A DNA stretch of 64,000 nucleotides from positions 9,486,001-9,550,000 of the forward strand of contig JBHGNT010000018.1 in NCBI GenBank assembly GCA_043228905.1, read 5' to 3'. Origin of the DNA: Azolla caroliniana. Taxonomy: Eukaryota; Plantae; Polypodiophyta. The notes below the pieces were generated by a model that was given only the letters and a program-made list of their open reading frames with translations, ran no database searches and was not told the origin of the DNA. A program made the position numbers and the translations under genes. Positions 13,345-23,728 of the stretch are shown piece by piece (positions within the stretch are counted from its first letter, which is position 1; each line of letters begins with the position of its first letter).

Positions 13345-13548
13345 GTTGCCTTGTTGCTTATTATTGTACATTCCTCTTACCTTGGTCACTTGCTCTGAGT
13401 TTGTGGACTCTCGTGTTTTTTCCCTTTCAATGTTTCCACGTTAAAAATACTTGTGTCTCTGTGTTGTGCATCGTTTACGTTATTTAAGTTTTCTGCCATT
13501 CTCGTTTGTGCTTGAAAATCAATTGTGACCGATCCCATATAACAATTT

Positions 13549-14032
13549 TCTTCTTCTTATCATTCCTCTTCTCAACTATAACAATTTTCGATCTTCTCAA
13601 GTGTAACCTTCTTTTCCTCGCATCTTATGGTCATCGCATCTTCGTCTTTTTGTTAGCTTGACGAATGTCCTTTCCGGTCTAGGACCCGACGGTCTCGCTT
13701 CATTTCATGGACACATGAGGATTTTCCTCGCATCTTCGTCTTTTTGTTAGCTTGGTGAATGTCCTTTCCAGTCCAGGACCCCAACGATCCTGCTTCATTT
13801 GACTCCATATTAGAAGGTTGCGTGTTTGATCACATCAGGAGAAAGATGTTGAGGAAAATCCTCGTGTGTTCGTGAAATGAAGTGGGACTGCTAGGGTCCT
13901 GGACCGGAAAGGACGCTCACCAAGCTAATGAAAAGACAAAGATGCGATGAACATAAGATGCAAGGAAAAGAAGGCTACACTTCAAAAGATCGAGAATTGG
14001 TATAGGTGAGAAGAGGAAGGATAAGAAGAAGA
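13549..14032. repeat. Imperfect ~190-bp inverted repeat with an internal tandem duplication
   Basis: 13549-13737 is the reverse complement of 13843-14032; 13722-13800 repeats part of the left arm. Confidence 0.75.
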
Positions 14033-14079
14033 TGTTGAAGAAGAAAAAGAAGAAAAATATTATTATTCTTATTATGGCA

Positions 14080-14257
14080 AGATGGGACAAAACTAAAAAT
14101 GAGGTTGGGACGAGTCAGGATTGGTTGGGACTCGGCCACGACTTGCTGGGAGGTTAACCTAGGGTGGTGTCCGTTTTGGGACAGGGACTAGCGCTTTTTG
14201 TGAGTCCTAGTTCAGATTGGGACTGTGTCCCGGTTGGGATAGGACAAGGGCACCACA
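14080..14257. mobile_element. Probable DNA-transposon (hAT/MITE-like) end with clustered GGGAC subterminal motifs
   Basis: Multiple gggac/gtccc motifs ending in ggggcaccac; no partner TIR found. Confidence 0.35.
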
Positions 14258-14359
14258 AATATATGTTATAAGAACCCATCCCATTGTCTGCTATTTAAAT
14301 AATTGGTTGCACATGCACACACCAGCTTAGACTTGATTGAACTTATCTACCAAATCTAA

Positions 14360-14644
14360 TGTTGGGAAACAAGGTCCTTCTAGATGGGAAGAAGAACACG
14401 AGCCGAATCAGTTGTATCCGAAGGAGAAGAATGACTGGATTCAAATCCATATCAGTGTCCGGATAGACATTCAGAAAGGATACATATGTAAAATATGTTT
14501 ATGCTCTGCCTACTTGGGCCAGTTTTGTAAATAGCCCAAAAGTTATCTAAGTATAAAGATAACTAGGGCAAACTTTGTGATAGCTGTAGTTGTATAGTTA
14601 CTGTGTGAAGTCGTTGCCACGGTACCAGGAAACATCGTGTGTGA
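14360..14644 (+). mobile_element. Tork-like copia LTR fragment interrupted by the LINE 3' end
   Basis: tgttgggaaacaaggtccttctagatggg start and ttgtaaatagccc..gtataaa..agggcaaa TATA region resemble the LTR at 62779. Confidence 0.6.
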
Positions 14645-15306
14645 GATAGATAGATAGATAGATTTTATGATCATCTTCGGAGGTCAAATATGACCTATGA
14701 GACCAAAAATATTACATTTCATGTGACACGTGTGAAAGTGCGTAGTGACTCTCGATGTTCAAGAACTTTACCAATGAATGTTGCAATCGAGAGTGCACAT
14801 TGTGGTTGTGAGAGAAATTCGTGCAAGGATTGAGGTCAGTCGAAGAGATGTGGAAAGCATGGTCGAATATGATAAAGGGCAGAGCATTGTATCAAAGTGT
14901 GATACTCAAACTCGTGAACTTGTTTAGGGAAAAGTGTGCATAGCCGACCACTCTCATCACTTGTGCCCCAACGCCTTGTTTCACATCGTAATGCATGTGA
15001 GCTAAGTCTCATGGAAGCAATGGTTCAAATGGCAGATAACGGGATGGGCTCTAACATGTATCAATGTGTACAGTTTCCCCGTTCCGCAAAGAATATGGTT
15101 TTGTAGTGAGGTGCAACATGTGTAGTATAATGTGTGAAGCGTGAGCTTCCTCATTTGCCCCATGTCATGATACATTGGCGTTGCAAAAAAGCCTCATTTA
15201 TAGAGGAATCTAGTGATGCATCATGAAACAAGTGTCTCACATCCTATCTACCAAACCATTTTTCTATATCTTGCATCCAACCAGAACACAAAATTTTGCT
15301 TTTATG
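14645..15306 (-). mobile_element. 3' part of a LINE (RTE/RTEX-like): C-terminal Cys/His region and (ATCT)n tail
   Basis: Frame continues from 51497 across the TTATG TSD; RLSSHALRCETRRW..RLCTL..EYHTLIQC; gatagatagatagat tail at 14645-14663. Confidence 0.8.
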
Positions 15307-15689
15307 TATCATGGGTAGAAAATATACACCAGAGAGTAGAAGATAATCAAAGGGATGAGTTGACTAATTGAAAAACTCCGTAACTGGTGTTCACCTTGAT
15401 TATAATCTTGGTGAACACACATATGTATACAAGTTCTGAGATTGAATATCTGTAGCATATACATAAGAAATATCTCTAAAATATACCGCAAAAATATCTC
15501 TAGAATATACCATAGAACATTTCTAGAATATACTAAAGACTAGAATATATGCTAGGATATATAATATTAAACATATATACTTTACATATAGCTTAAGGCT
15601 TTTCAAATGGTTTAATATCTAATACTACATATTGGGTGTGTTATAGATCAGAGGTTCGAGTCACATCCTAGATGTGACATTATCCCCCT

Positions 15690-16212
15690 TCCTATGCCAC
15701 CTTCCCAAACCCGTCGCCGGTTCTGTGTAGGCATTTTGTAAATTCTGTGCGGGTTCCCACGTGGTGTCAGACAAAGGGTAACCCTTCCAGAAGACGAGGT
15801 ATTGCAGGTGTCGACGATGCAAAGGTGAGTCAAGTATTTGGTTGACCCCGTATTCCTCGCCTGTCGTCAATTGCACAGGGGGTGGTGGAAGGGCTTGGCG
15901 TCCTAGGATCTGTGAAGGATAATGGGGCTCGAGAAGGGAGACATGAAAAACATCATGAATTCGAAAGTGGGATGGAAGGGCCAACTGGAAGGTGACGACA
16001 TTAATGCGCTCAACTATACGGAATGGTCCCAACTTCTTGCAATCAAGTTTTGCACATGGACGGGTAGTAGAGATGTGCCGTCGTAACAACCAGACCATGT
16101 TGCCAACGACAAAGGGTGGAGTGACAGAGTGATGGCGATCAACGTGCTTCTTGTATCGTTCACCAGCGAGACGAAGTTCTAAGGATAAGTCATGATGTAG
16201 CTCTTCTAAAAT
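15690..16212 (-). pseudogene. Tcn1-A integrase C-terminus (GPF motif) and chromodomain
   Basis: KKLGPFRIV..IHDVFHVSLL..EEYGVNQILDS..WKGY..TWEP. Confidence 0.85.
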
Positions 16213-18353
16213 CCGGTGTCGAGGTATTCCTCGCGGATGCGTGGAATGAGGCGGGACCTCGGGGGTCTTGTACCGAAGAGCAAGAGAGAAAGGAGAAGGG
16301 AACCCACTACGTGCGAGCGTAGATTCACAGGGACACGGCCCTTCGACACAAAGACGCGAGTGGGACAGAGACACAGAGAGACACGAATGTATGTATGTAT
16401 TAACAAAGACAAACAACAAGAACACGAAGTCGGTTACAACCGAACAGGCCGGCGAACAGATGCCGATGCCTGTTCGTAAACGCACAAAAAGAAAGGAGTA
16501 GGTTGGAGGTGCTGCCGGAAGCACTCGGGCATTCCTCAGAGCAGCGCGAGCCTCCCGAAACCTGCACAGAAAGGAGCTATGGAGTTTGGAAGAGAGAGAA
16601 GCCTTCGGCCCGGAATCCGATAGCACTTCGTCCTCTCTTACTTCGCGATTCCTTCCTCTTCCTCGTCTCCCTCCTTTTCTAGGAAAGAAGGGAGTCGTTT
16701 CCTATTAACTTCCTACCTACCGAATCTGCCTACCTAGGATCTTCTACGTACAACATAAGGCGTAATGCATGAAGAGCCGGTTCCTACGCTCCGGTGCACC
16801 GATTCCGCTTGTGGACGGTTTTCTTCACGACATCCGCCCCCACCTAACCGCACATCCACCAGCATGCGCCAAATTGAGTTGGGACGGAGAAAACCGGTCC
16901 AGCCTTCATTCCTCGCCCGTCGGTTCTTCCTCGGTTTCGGATCGTTCGTCGTCGCGGTCCAGGTTAACCGGATCCGGACTAATGCCTTGACGATCGGTCC
17001 GTGTCCGCGCTCCACCTTTCCATTCGCCTCCGGATTGTACCCAGTGGTAAGCGAGAGCTTGACTCCTAACCGGTCGAACAACTCCTCAGCCTCTTCGGCG
17101 TCCAACTCCCCACGATCAGCCACGATCTTCCCGACGCACCCGTACCGGCATATCACGTCCTCGATCAGGAACCGACATACGGCTGCGGTCGTTTTGTTCT
17201 GAAGGGCCCGACCTTCCACCTGGTTCGTCAGATCTTCCCGAGCCAGGACCAGATACCGCATCTGTCCTACTCCCATCGGCATCGTCACCAGATCTACCAT
17301 CCATTTGAAGTGGATGGTTGGAGGGTACGTAGGGTGAAGCTCGTCCCGATGTCGGACTACGGAGTGCATCTGACAGCTCTCGCAAGTTGTCACGAACTGA
17401 TGCACGTCCCGGTACAATCCTGGCCACCAGTACTTCCCCTTTATCTTCTCGAACGTGGCCCACGTTCCACGGTGTCCAGCCCAAGGGCTGTCGTGGTAGG
17501 CTGTCAACAGCTCCTCCTGTTCTTCCTTCATCGCCACCACCCGGAGTGGGACGCCGTTCCTCTTCTTCGGGTGCTTCCATAAGTATCCGTCCCGGAGAAA
17601 GAATCGATAAGCTTTCTTCCGGATCTGGTTGGCCTCGTCCTTCGTCCATGACGCATCCGGCGTCATTGTCCTTAAAAATCCACCGATCTGGAGCCACTCG
17701 CCGTCGTACTTGCTCTCGTTGAAGTCGTTAAGTGCAGGAGTGCTCGTCCCATCGGTCGTCACGTAGGCCGCCTCGAAGAAGTCCACGCCGACTTCTTCGT
17801 CCTCCGAAACCATGCCGCCCTCGTCATCAAACCTCGCCCTCGAAAGCATGTCGGCCATGGCGTTGTCCTTTCTGGAAATGTGCCGTATTTCCGGATCCAG
17901 GAACTTGATGTACGCTATCCACCTGAGCATCGCCAGGTCCGGTGTCGCGCATCCGGAAACCATGCCGAGAATTGGCAGGCAATCCGTCTCGATAATCACT
18001 TCTGTCCTAATCAGGTAGTCTTTGTCGGCCTTTACTCCCGAAACGATACCCTAGAGTTCGCGTTTAACCTGGGCGTACCCTCGCTGTCACTCACTGAGGA
18101 CCTTCGTGCCGAATCGGATCGGGAACCGAATGCCGTCCCCGTCTTCTTGGTTGACGACCCATCCGATCCCGGTCGGACTCGTATCCACCGTTATGTATAC
18201 CGGGGTACCCTTCTCGTAGACAGCCTTCCGGAGCGCCGGTGCTGCCACAAGAGCTTCCTTCAGCTTCCGGACCGACTCCGTGTGCTCGTCTCGCCACTCG
18301 AATTTTCGCCCTTTCTTCAGCAACCCGTATAGCGGCTCCGCAATGTGGGTAAA

Positions 18354-18928
18354 TGTGAAAGTGTTTTTAGAATTCAAGGTATTGAAGTCTACAAGAATAT
18401 AAGGTATGGTGTGTTCACATCCGGAGGGCAAGATCACGAGCTAAGGTCTTGAGGATAAGTCAAACAAAAAGCAAGTCACGTGGAGAAAAGTAAAAGAAGG
18501 AAAAAGCAGACCACCAAAAAGCAGTCTACAACGAACGCTCATAACTCATTCGTTTGGAAGCCAAATATCACGTGTAAATATGGGTTAGAAAGCTTATGAC
18601 GAGAGTTATCCGTAGCTTTTTAAAACTCTAAATTTGGAGCATGGATGAGGGAGATATGACGATTAGAAGATCGTTGTATCATAGCTAAGAATAGGAGATG
18701 GAAAAGCTCTAAAAAAAGCGTGGAAAAGAAAGCAAGCGAAACTTATCTACTAGAGGAGAACTTCATATAAAGCAAGAAGAGTGAGGTGGTGAGGGGAGCT
18801 TTTTCTTGTGGGGTTTTTCTTGCCTATTCATGTAGCGCGTTTTTCTAGTGATCAATTCATCCTTGTAGGCTTGAGTTTATGTATCTTCTTTCTCTTGTTT
18901 CTATGATCATCACTCCTTATTAATATAT
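18354..18928 (+). repeat. Inverted LTR of a sister subfamily fused tail-to-tail to the gag-only element
   Basis: Reverse complement of 18979-19555; outer ~200 bp clearly diverged, inner ~370 bp near-identical. Confidence 0.88.
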
Positions 18929-21900
18929 GATGATAGAAAAGAGAGAGAAGGAAGATATAGAAACCCAAATCTACAAAGATATATTAATAAGGAGTGATGA
19001 TCATAGAAACAAGAGAAAGAAGATACATAAACTCAAGCCTACAAGGATGAATTGATCACTAGAAAAACGCGCTACATGAATAAGCAAGAAAAACACCACA
19101 AGAAAAAAGCTCTTTTTCACCACCTCACTCTTCTTGCTTTATATGAAGTTCTCCTCTAGTAGATAAGTTTCGCTTGCTTTCTTTTCCACGCTTTTTTTAG
19201 AGCTTTTCCATCTCCTATTCTTAGCTATGACACAACGATCTTCTAATCGTCATATCTCCCTCATCCATGCTCCAAATTTAGAGTTTTAAAAAGCTACGGA
19301 TAACTCTCGTCATAAGCTTTCTAACCCATATTTACACGTGATATTTGGGTGTCAAACGAGAGAGTTATGAGCATTTGTTTCTGACTGCGTTTTGGTGGTC
19401 TGCTTTTTCTCTTTTTAACTTTTCTCCATCTTTATTGCTTTTATTTGGACTTATCCACGAGATGTTAGTTCATGTCCTTGTCCTCCAAATGTGAATCCTC
19501 CATACCTTATATTCTTTTAGTGTCCAATGGCTTGAATTCTAAAAACAGTTTCACATTTAGCCCTCCCCCTTGCTTCTTGGTGAACCATTTATGGTGAACC
19601 CTAAGCTACTAATAAAACTAAAGGTTCTCCTTCGCCTTATTCATGGCTATAGACAAAGAAGGAGAAAATAAATAGAAAAGAAACAAACTATGTGAGTAAA
19701 ACCCCCGCTAGTCGATAGGAAAAACCTCACACTTCTAAACACACACACATACACATTGACAATTGCCATCACCATCTTTCTCCTTGTCAACACAAAGAAA
19801 GAGGTTACAACAATTAGTATATCTTCATCAACTTTCCAAACAGAAGTAGGTCTATGTGATACATAACTCTTGATAGAAGTAAGCATGTTAACATATGAAT
19901 AAATCTTTCGAGCGAGCGAACCTTTTGTACAAATACCTTCAAAGCTTCGAGACTTGTCAGAATTGTCATATTTTGAATTATGTCAATCTTTGCTTCATCA
20001 ACATGACTTTCTTCTTGGCACACCACATTCTCCACATTACCTTGTTTTTTATGTATGACCATTTCATCTAGAATCTCATCTCGAAAAGGAAGCAAAAATA
20101 AATCTCGTTTGGTTGAATCATTCAAGGATTGGAAGTTGACGTCTTTCTCCTTTGGAACAACCACAATAAGTGAGACAAACTTCAAATTCTCCAACTTGAT
20201 GTGGTGCTTGATGCCTTCTACTCTTATCTGTGAATACTCATTTATGAATAACTTTGTAAACTTAAAAAAGAGAGAAATAAACCTTAGATCCTCTTCTCCT
20301 TGGACATCGTTTGAAATCATCTTCTTTTTCCCCTTTAGGGTGATAATACTTTTCTCTTCAATGACTTCTTCTTCCTCCTTAGACACCATGTGGAATGATT
20401 TGTTTTCCCTATCCCACGAATATTCATCAATTGTTATGCTTTCCTCTTCTTGCTTGCCAATGTCGATAGATGATTCCTTCTCCTTTATACATTTGATTAG
20501 TTGTGGTGGATCCTTTGATGGTGATAAGTTAATGATACTCCAATCATGCATTACAAGTAAATCTCTTGGCTCTTGGTCAAATTGTTGTTGAAGAGTTGAT
20601 GCCCACATAACTTTGTTGCTACTCAATGCAAATCCAAAACATAAATCATGCACGAACACCTTCATACACTGCAACTTGGCACTTACCAATGCTTCCTTAC
20701 ACGCATTGATCTCCAAAAGCCAATCTCCAGCTATCACTTCTAGGTTACCTTCTTCATCTTGCAACTTCTTTGTGGGTACTTCACCATCAACAACTTCTTT
20801 TGTCATATCTTCCATTTCATCTTGCACATATTCATCATCAACCACCATATCACTTGTTGTATCAATAATGTCCTCAACATGATGTACATTGGCATCACCA
20901 TCCATAAAATCGCTTCTCATAACTATCTCCTTAGATTCGTCTTTCACATCATCATTCTTTATATCATGGTTGTCCTCATGAACTAGATGGGGGGACTCCA
21001 CATTCATCACCTCTTCTTCATTGTCTCTGGAATCACCTTCATAGACATCATTATAACTCCAAAAATTAGAATAATGATATGAGGGAACCTGTTGAATCGG
21101 ACATTGCAAGTAGGCTGGTTGTTGGCTCATGACCGATCCACAATTATTATAGCTTGGATTTATGGTATATGACGCCGATAATCCATATGCTTCACCGAAT
21201 AACAACTTCTTCAATTGTTGATCATAACTTTGACATACTCGAAGCAAATCATGGAAAGACCTTGGGTACTTCATATGCACTTCATATTGAAAATATGGAT
21301 CTAGCCCTGCTTTGAATCTTTCCATCTTGAAGTATACATCTTCAACGCCTCCAACAAGTCCAATCCAAGTGGACCATATATCCAAAAACGTATTCTCATA
21401 CTCGAGGTAGCACATTGGTGAAACCATACGCAATTGGAAAAGTTCTCTTCGTAGATCTGTCGCATCGCGAACTCCATATCGTGCCATTAGTTTGATGATG
21501 AATCGGTAGATCCAACCATCAATTAGTGGACAACCGTTCCTCCCGTTATACAGAAAGGATCGGCCCTCCCTGGAGCGCCAAAATGAAAAGAGAGATGATG
21601 ATAGAAAAGAGAGAGAAGGAAGATATAGAAACCCAAATCTACAAAGATATATTAATAAGGAGTGATGATCATAGAAACAAGAGAAAGAAGATACATAAAC
21701 TCAAGCCTACAAGGATGAATTGATCACTAGAAAAACGCGCTACATGAATAAGCAAGAAAAACACCACAAGAAAAAAGCTCTTTTTCACCACCTCACTCTT
21801 CTTGCTTTATATGAAGTTCTCCTCTAGTAGATAAGTTTCGCTTGCTTTCTTTTCCACGCTTTTTTTAGAGCTTTTCCATCTCCTATTCTTAGCTATGACA

Positions 21901-22223
21901 CAACGATCTTCTAATCGTCATATCTCCCTCATCCATGCTCCAAATTTAGAGTTTTAAAAAGCTACGGATAACTCTCGTCATAAGCTTTCTAACCCATATT
22001 TACACGTGATATTTGGGTGTCAAACGAGAGAGTTATGAGCATTTGTTTCTGACTGCGTTTTGGTGGTCTGCTTTTTCTCTTTTTAACTTTTCTCCATCTT
22101 TATTGCTTTTATTTGGACTTATCCACGAGATGTTAGTTCATGTCCTTGTCCTCCAAATGTGAATCCTCCATACCTTATATTCTTTTAGTGTCCAATGGCT
22201 TGAATTCTAAAAACAGTTTCACA
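18927..22223 (-). mobile_element. Non-autonomous gag-only LTR element (TR-GAG-like), young
   Basis: LTRs 21584-22223 and 18927-19555 (the latter lacks 11 terminal bp) look identical; PBS TGGCGCTCCAGGGAGGG at 21580-21564 (tRNA-Asn-like); PPT at 19556-19572; no pol. Confidence 0.88.
19814..21487 (-). CDS. 557-aa protein: retrotransposon gag-like N-terminus plus acidic C-terminal region of unknown function
   Basis: Intact ORF filling the internal region; LRRELFQLRM..LEYENTF..ERFKAGLDPYFQYEV resembles the Retrotrans_gag/MHR region. Confidence 0.7.
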   Translation of the reverse strand: MARYGVRDATDLRRELFQLRMVSPMCYLEYENTFLDIWSTWIGLVGGVEDVYFKMERFKAGLDPYFQYEVHMKYPRSFHDLLRVCQSYDQQLKKLLFGEAYGLSASYTINPSYNNCGSVMSQQPAYLQCPIQQVPSYHYSNFWSYNDVYEGDSRDNEEEVMNVESPHLVHEDNHDIKNDDVKDESKEIVMRSDFMDGDANVHHVEDIIDTTSDMVVDDEYVQDEMEDMTKEVVDGEVPTKKLQDEEGNLEVIAGDWLLEINACKEALVSAKLQCMKVFVHDLCFGFALSSNKVMWASTLQQQFDQEPRDLLVMHDWSIINLSPSKDPPQLIKCIKEKESSIDIGKQEEESITIDEYSWDRENKSFHMVSKEEEEVIEEKSIITLKGKKKMISNDVQGEEDLRFISLFFKFTKLFINEYSQIRVEGIKHHIKLENLKFVSLIVVVPKEKDVNFQSLNDSTKRDLFLLPFRDEILDEMVIHKKQGNVENVVCQEESHVDEAKIDIIQNMTILTSLEALKVFVQKVRSLERFIHMLTCLLLSRVMYHIDLLLFGKLMKIY

Positions 22224-23728
22224 GGCGTAATGCGGGATCCATATGTGGTAGAATGCGCATGCCCCGAGGAACCTCCGAACTTCCGTAACCGAGCTACAGT
22301 CGGTCTTCATCACGGAGATGGCTTCTACCTTTGCCGGAGACGGCTTCCGGCCATATGGTCCACATAGGTGTCTGACCACTAGGATTTCTGATTGCCCGAA
22401 GGCCGATTTCTCCCCGGAGAAGGTGAGCCTCGCATCCTCTAGCCTTTGTAGCACCTTCTTGCAGTCGTCGATGTGTGTTGCCACGAATCGCCGTCATCCG
22501 TCCGGTCTGAGTGTTGCGTCCTTCTCTTCTACTGGGCACCCCTTGATTGGAATGTCGTCTAGAAATGGCATGGTGATGTCCGGGATGCAATCCCTCAGTA
22601 CCTTGTTCATTGCATTCACCATGTGGGCCACCGAGTTGGTCCCTCCTTGTGGCAGGGTACACATTTGCACTAGGCCGAGGGGGGTTCGCATCGTCGTAAT
22701 GTCTCTGCTCTCCACGGCTAGCTGGAACTGGTCGTACCCCGAGTATAGATCACCGACCGAGTAAATCGACCTTCCGGCGAAGGCCTCCGCGAACTCGTCT
22801 ATGGTCGGTCCGATTCCTGCGTTCCGAATGGTCACTCTGTTGACCGGCTGCAGGTCTTGAATGAAGCGCAATGTTCTGTTTTTCTTTGGTACGGTAAACC
22901 ATCGGTTCGAGTATGGGGCACTTGACGGTTCGAGAATGCCCATATTGACTTTCTGCCTCAATAGCTCCATCAACTTCGGGATGTGAGCTCTCGGTACTGG
23001 AATCGGCTTGAGATTCCACGGCACATGCGGTACCGAGAATATCACCATCGGCTCCACGATCGTCGGGTCTACGCACCCGATCTCTTCCGATGAGAATGCG
23101 AAGGCTTTCTCGTGCCTTCCGAGCATCCTCCGAAACCGGTCTTCCTCCGCCGGCAGTAGGAACCCACCCCCACCGATTTTGAGCTCCCGAAGCGTTCCGT
23201 CGGTGAAGGTGTGTCCTATGCAGACCGGATCTCGCAAACTGGGGTCCGATGCAACCCCTCTGATCCGGGACTCGCTGCCCTCCGATAAGGGTGCCGCGAC
23301 TGGCCTTACCTTCTGGTCCACAGTCTTGTACTTCGTGCTAACTCGGGCCGTCCGATCCGACCCGAGCCCCCGACTGAAGTTCGCGATGACTTCGTACATA
23401 TCTTCGGAACGTACCGGTATCGTCCGGTCTTCGTTAAGGTCTTCTCTGGCTACCTCCCTCAGCATTCCCAAGGTGTCGTCAAAGGAGACCGCCTCCACGG
23501 CTCCGCTGATTTCCTCGTCTGGGCCGAGAACTCCGTACGCTCGAAGTCGCACTTCCGCCCTTGTCTTTTCTCGGCCAACGATGCCGACTATCATACAACC
23601 TCCGTTGTTGGAGAAGCAAAACTTCCTACCTATCGTACAGGGTTCCTTTGGTTTCGGTTCTATCGTACAGTCGTGGGGTCTTTTCCAAGTGTCCGGGCTG
23701 TCTCGGCCCCACGCCTTGGCAGCCCTCT

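Larger units (their letters stand above)
3407..13544 (+). mobile_element. Tork-like copia LTR (3407-3609 plus 13350-13544) split by a Ty3 insertion
   Basis: Starts tgttggg..ggtccctccggatgg like the LTR at 62779; U5 motif ggactc.cgtg.ttttttccc..tttccacg at 13405-13440; ends ataaca; flanks do not form a TSD. Confidence 0.65.

Noticed and set aside
15661-16626. 321-aa ORF and similar junction ORFs (25577-26296, 27471-28097, 34664-35329, 61258-62061) as novel fusion genes
   Set aside because: They are chance read-through from LTR sequence into adjacent gag or pol fragments.
18354-22223. DNA transposon or DIRS element with long terminal inverted repeats
   Set aside because: The inverted terminus is an extra LTR copy. 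The core has direct LTRs, a PBS and a PPT, and no transposase or tyrosine recombinase.
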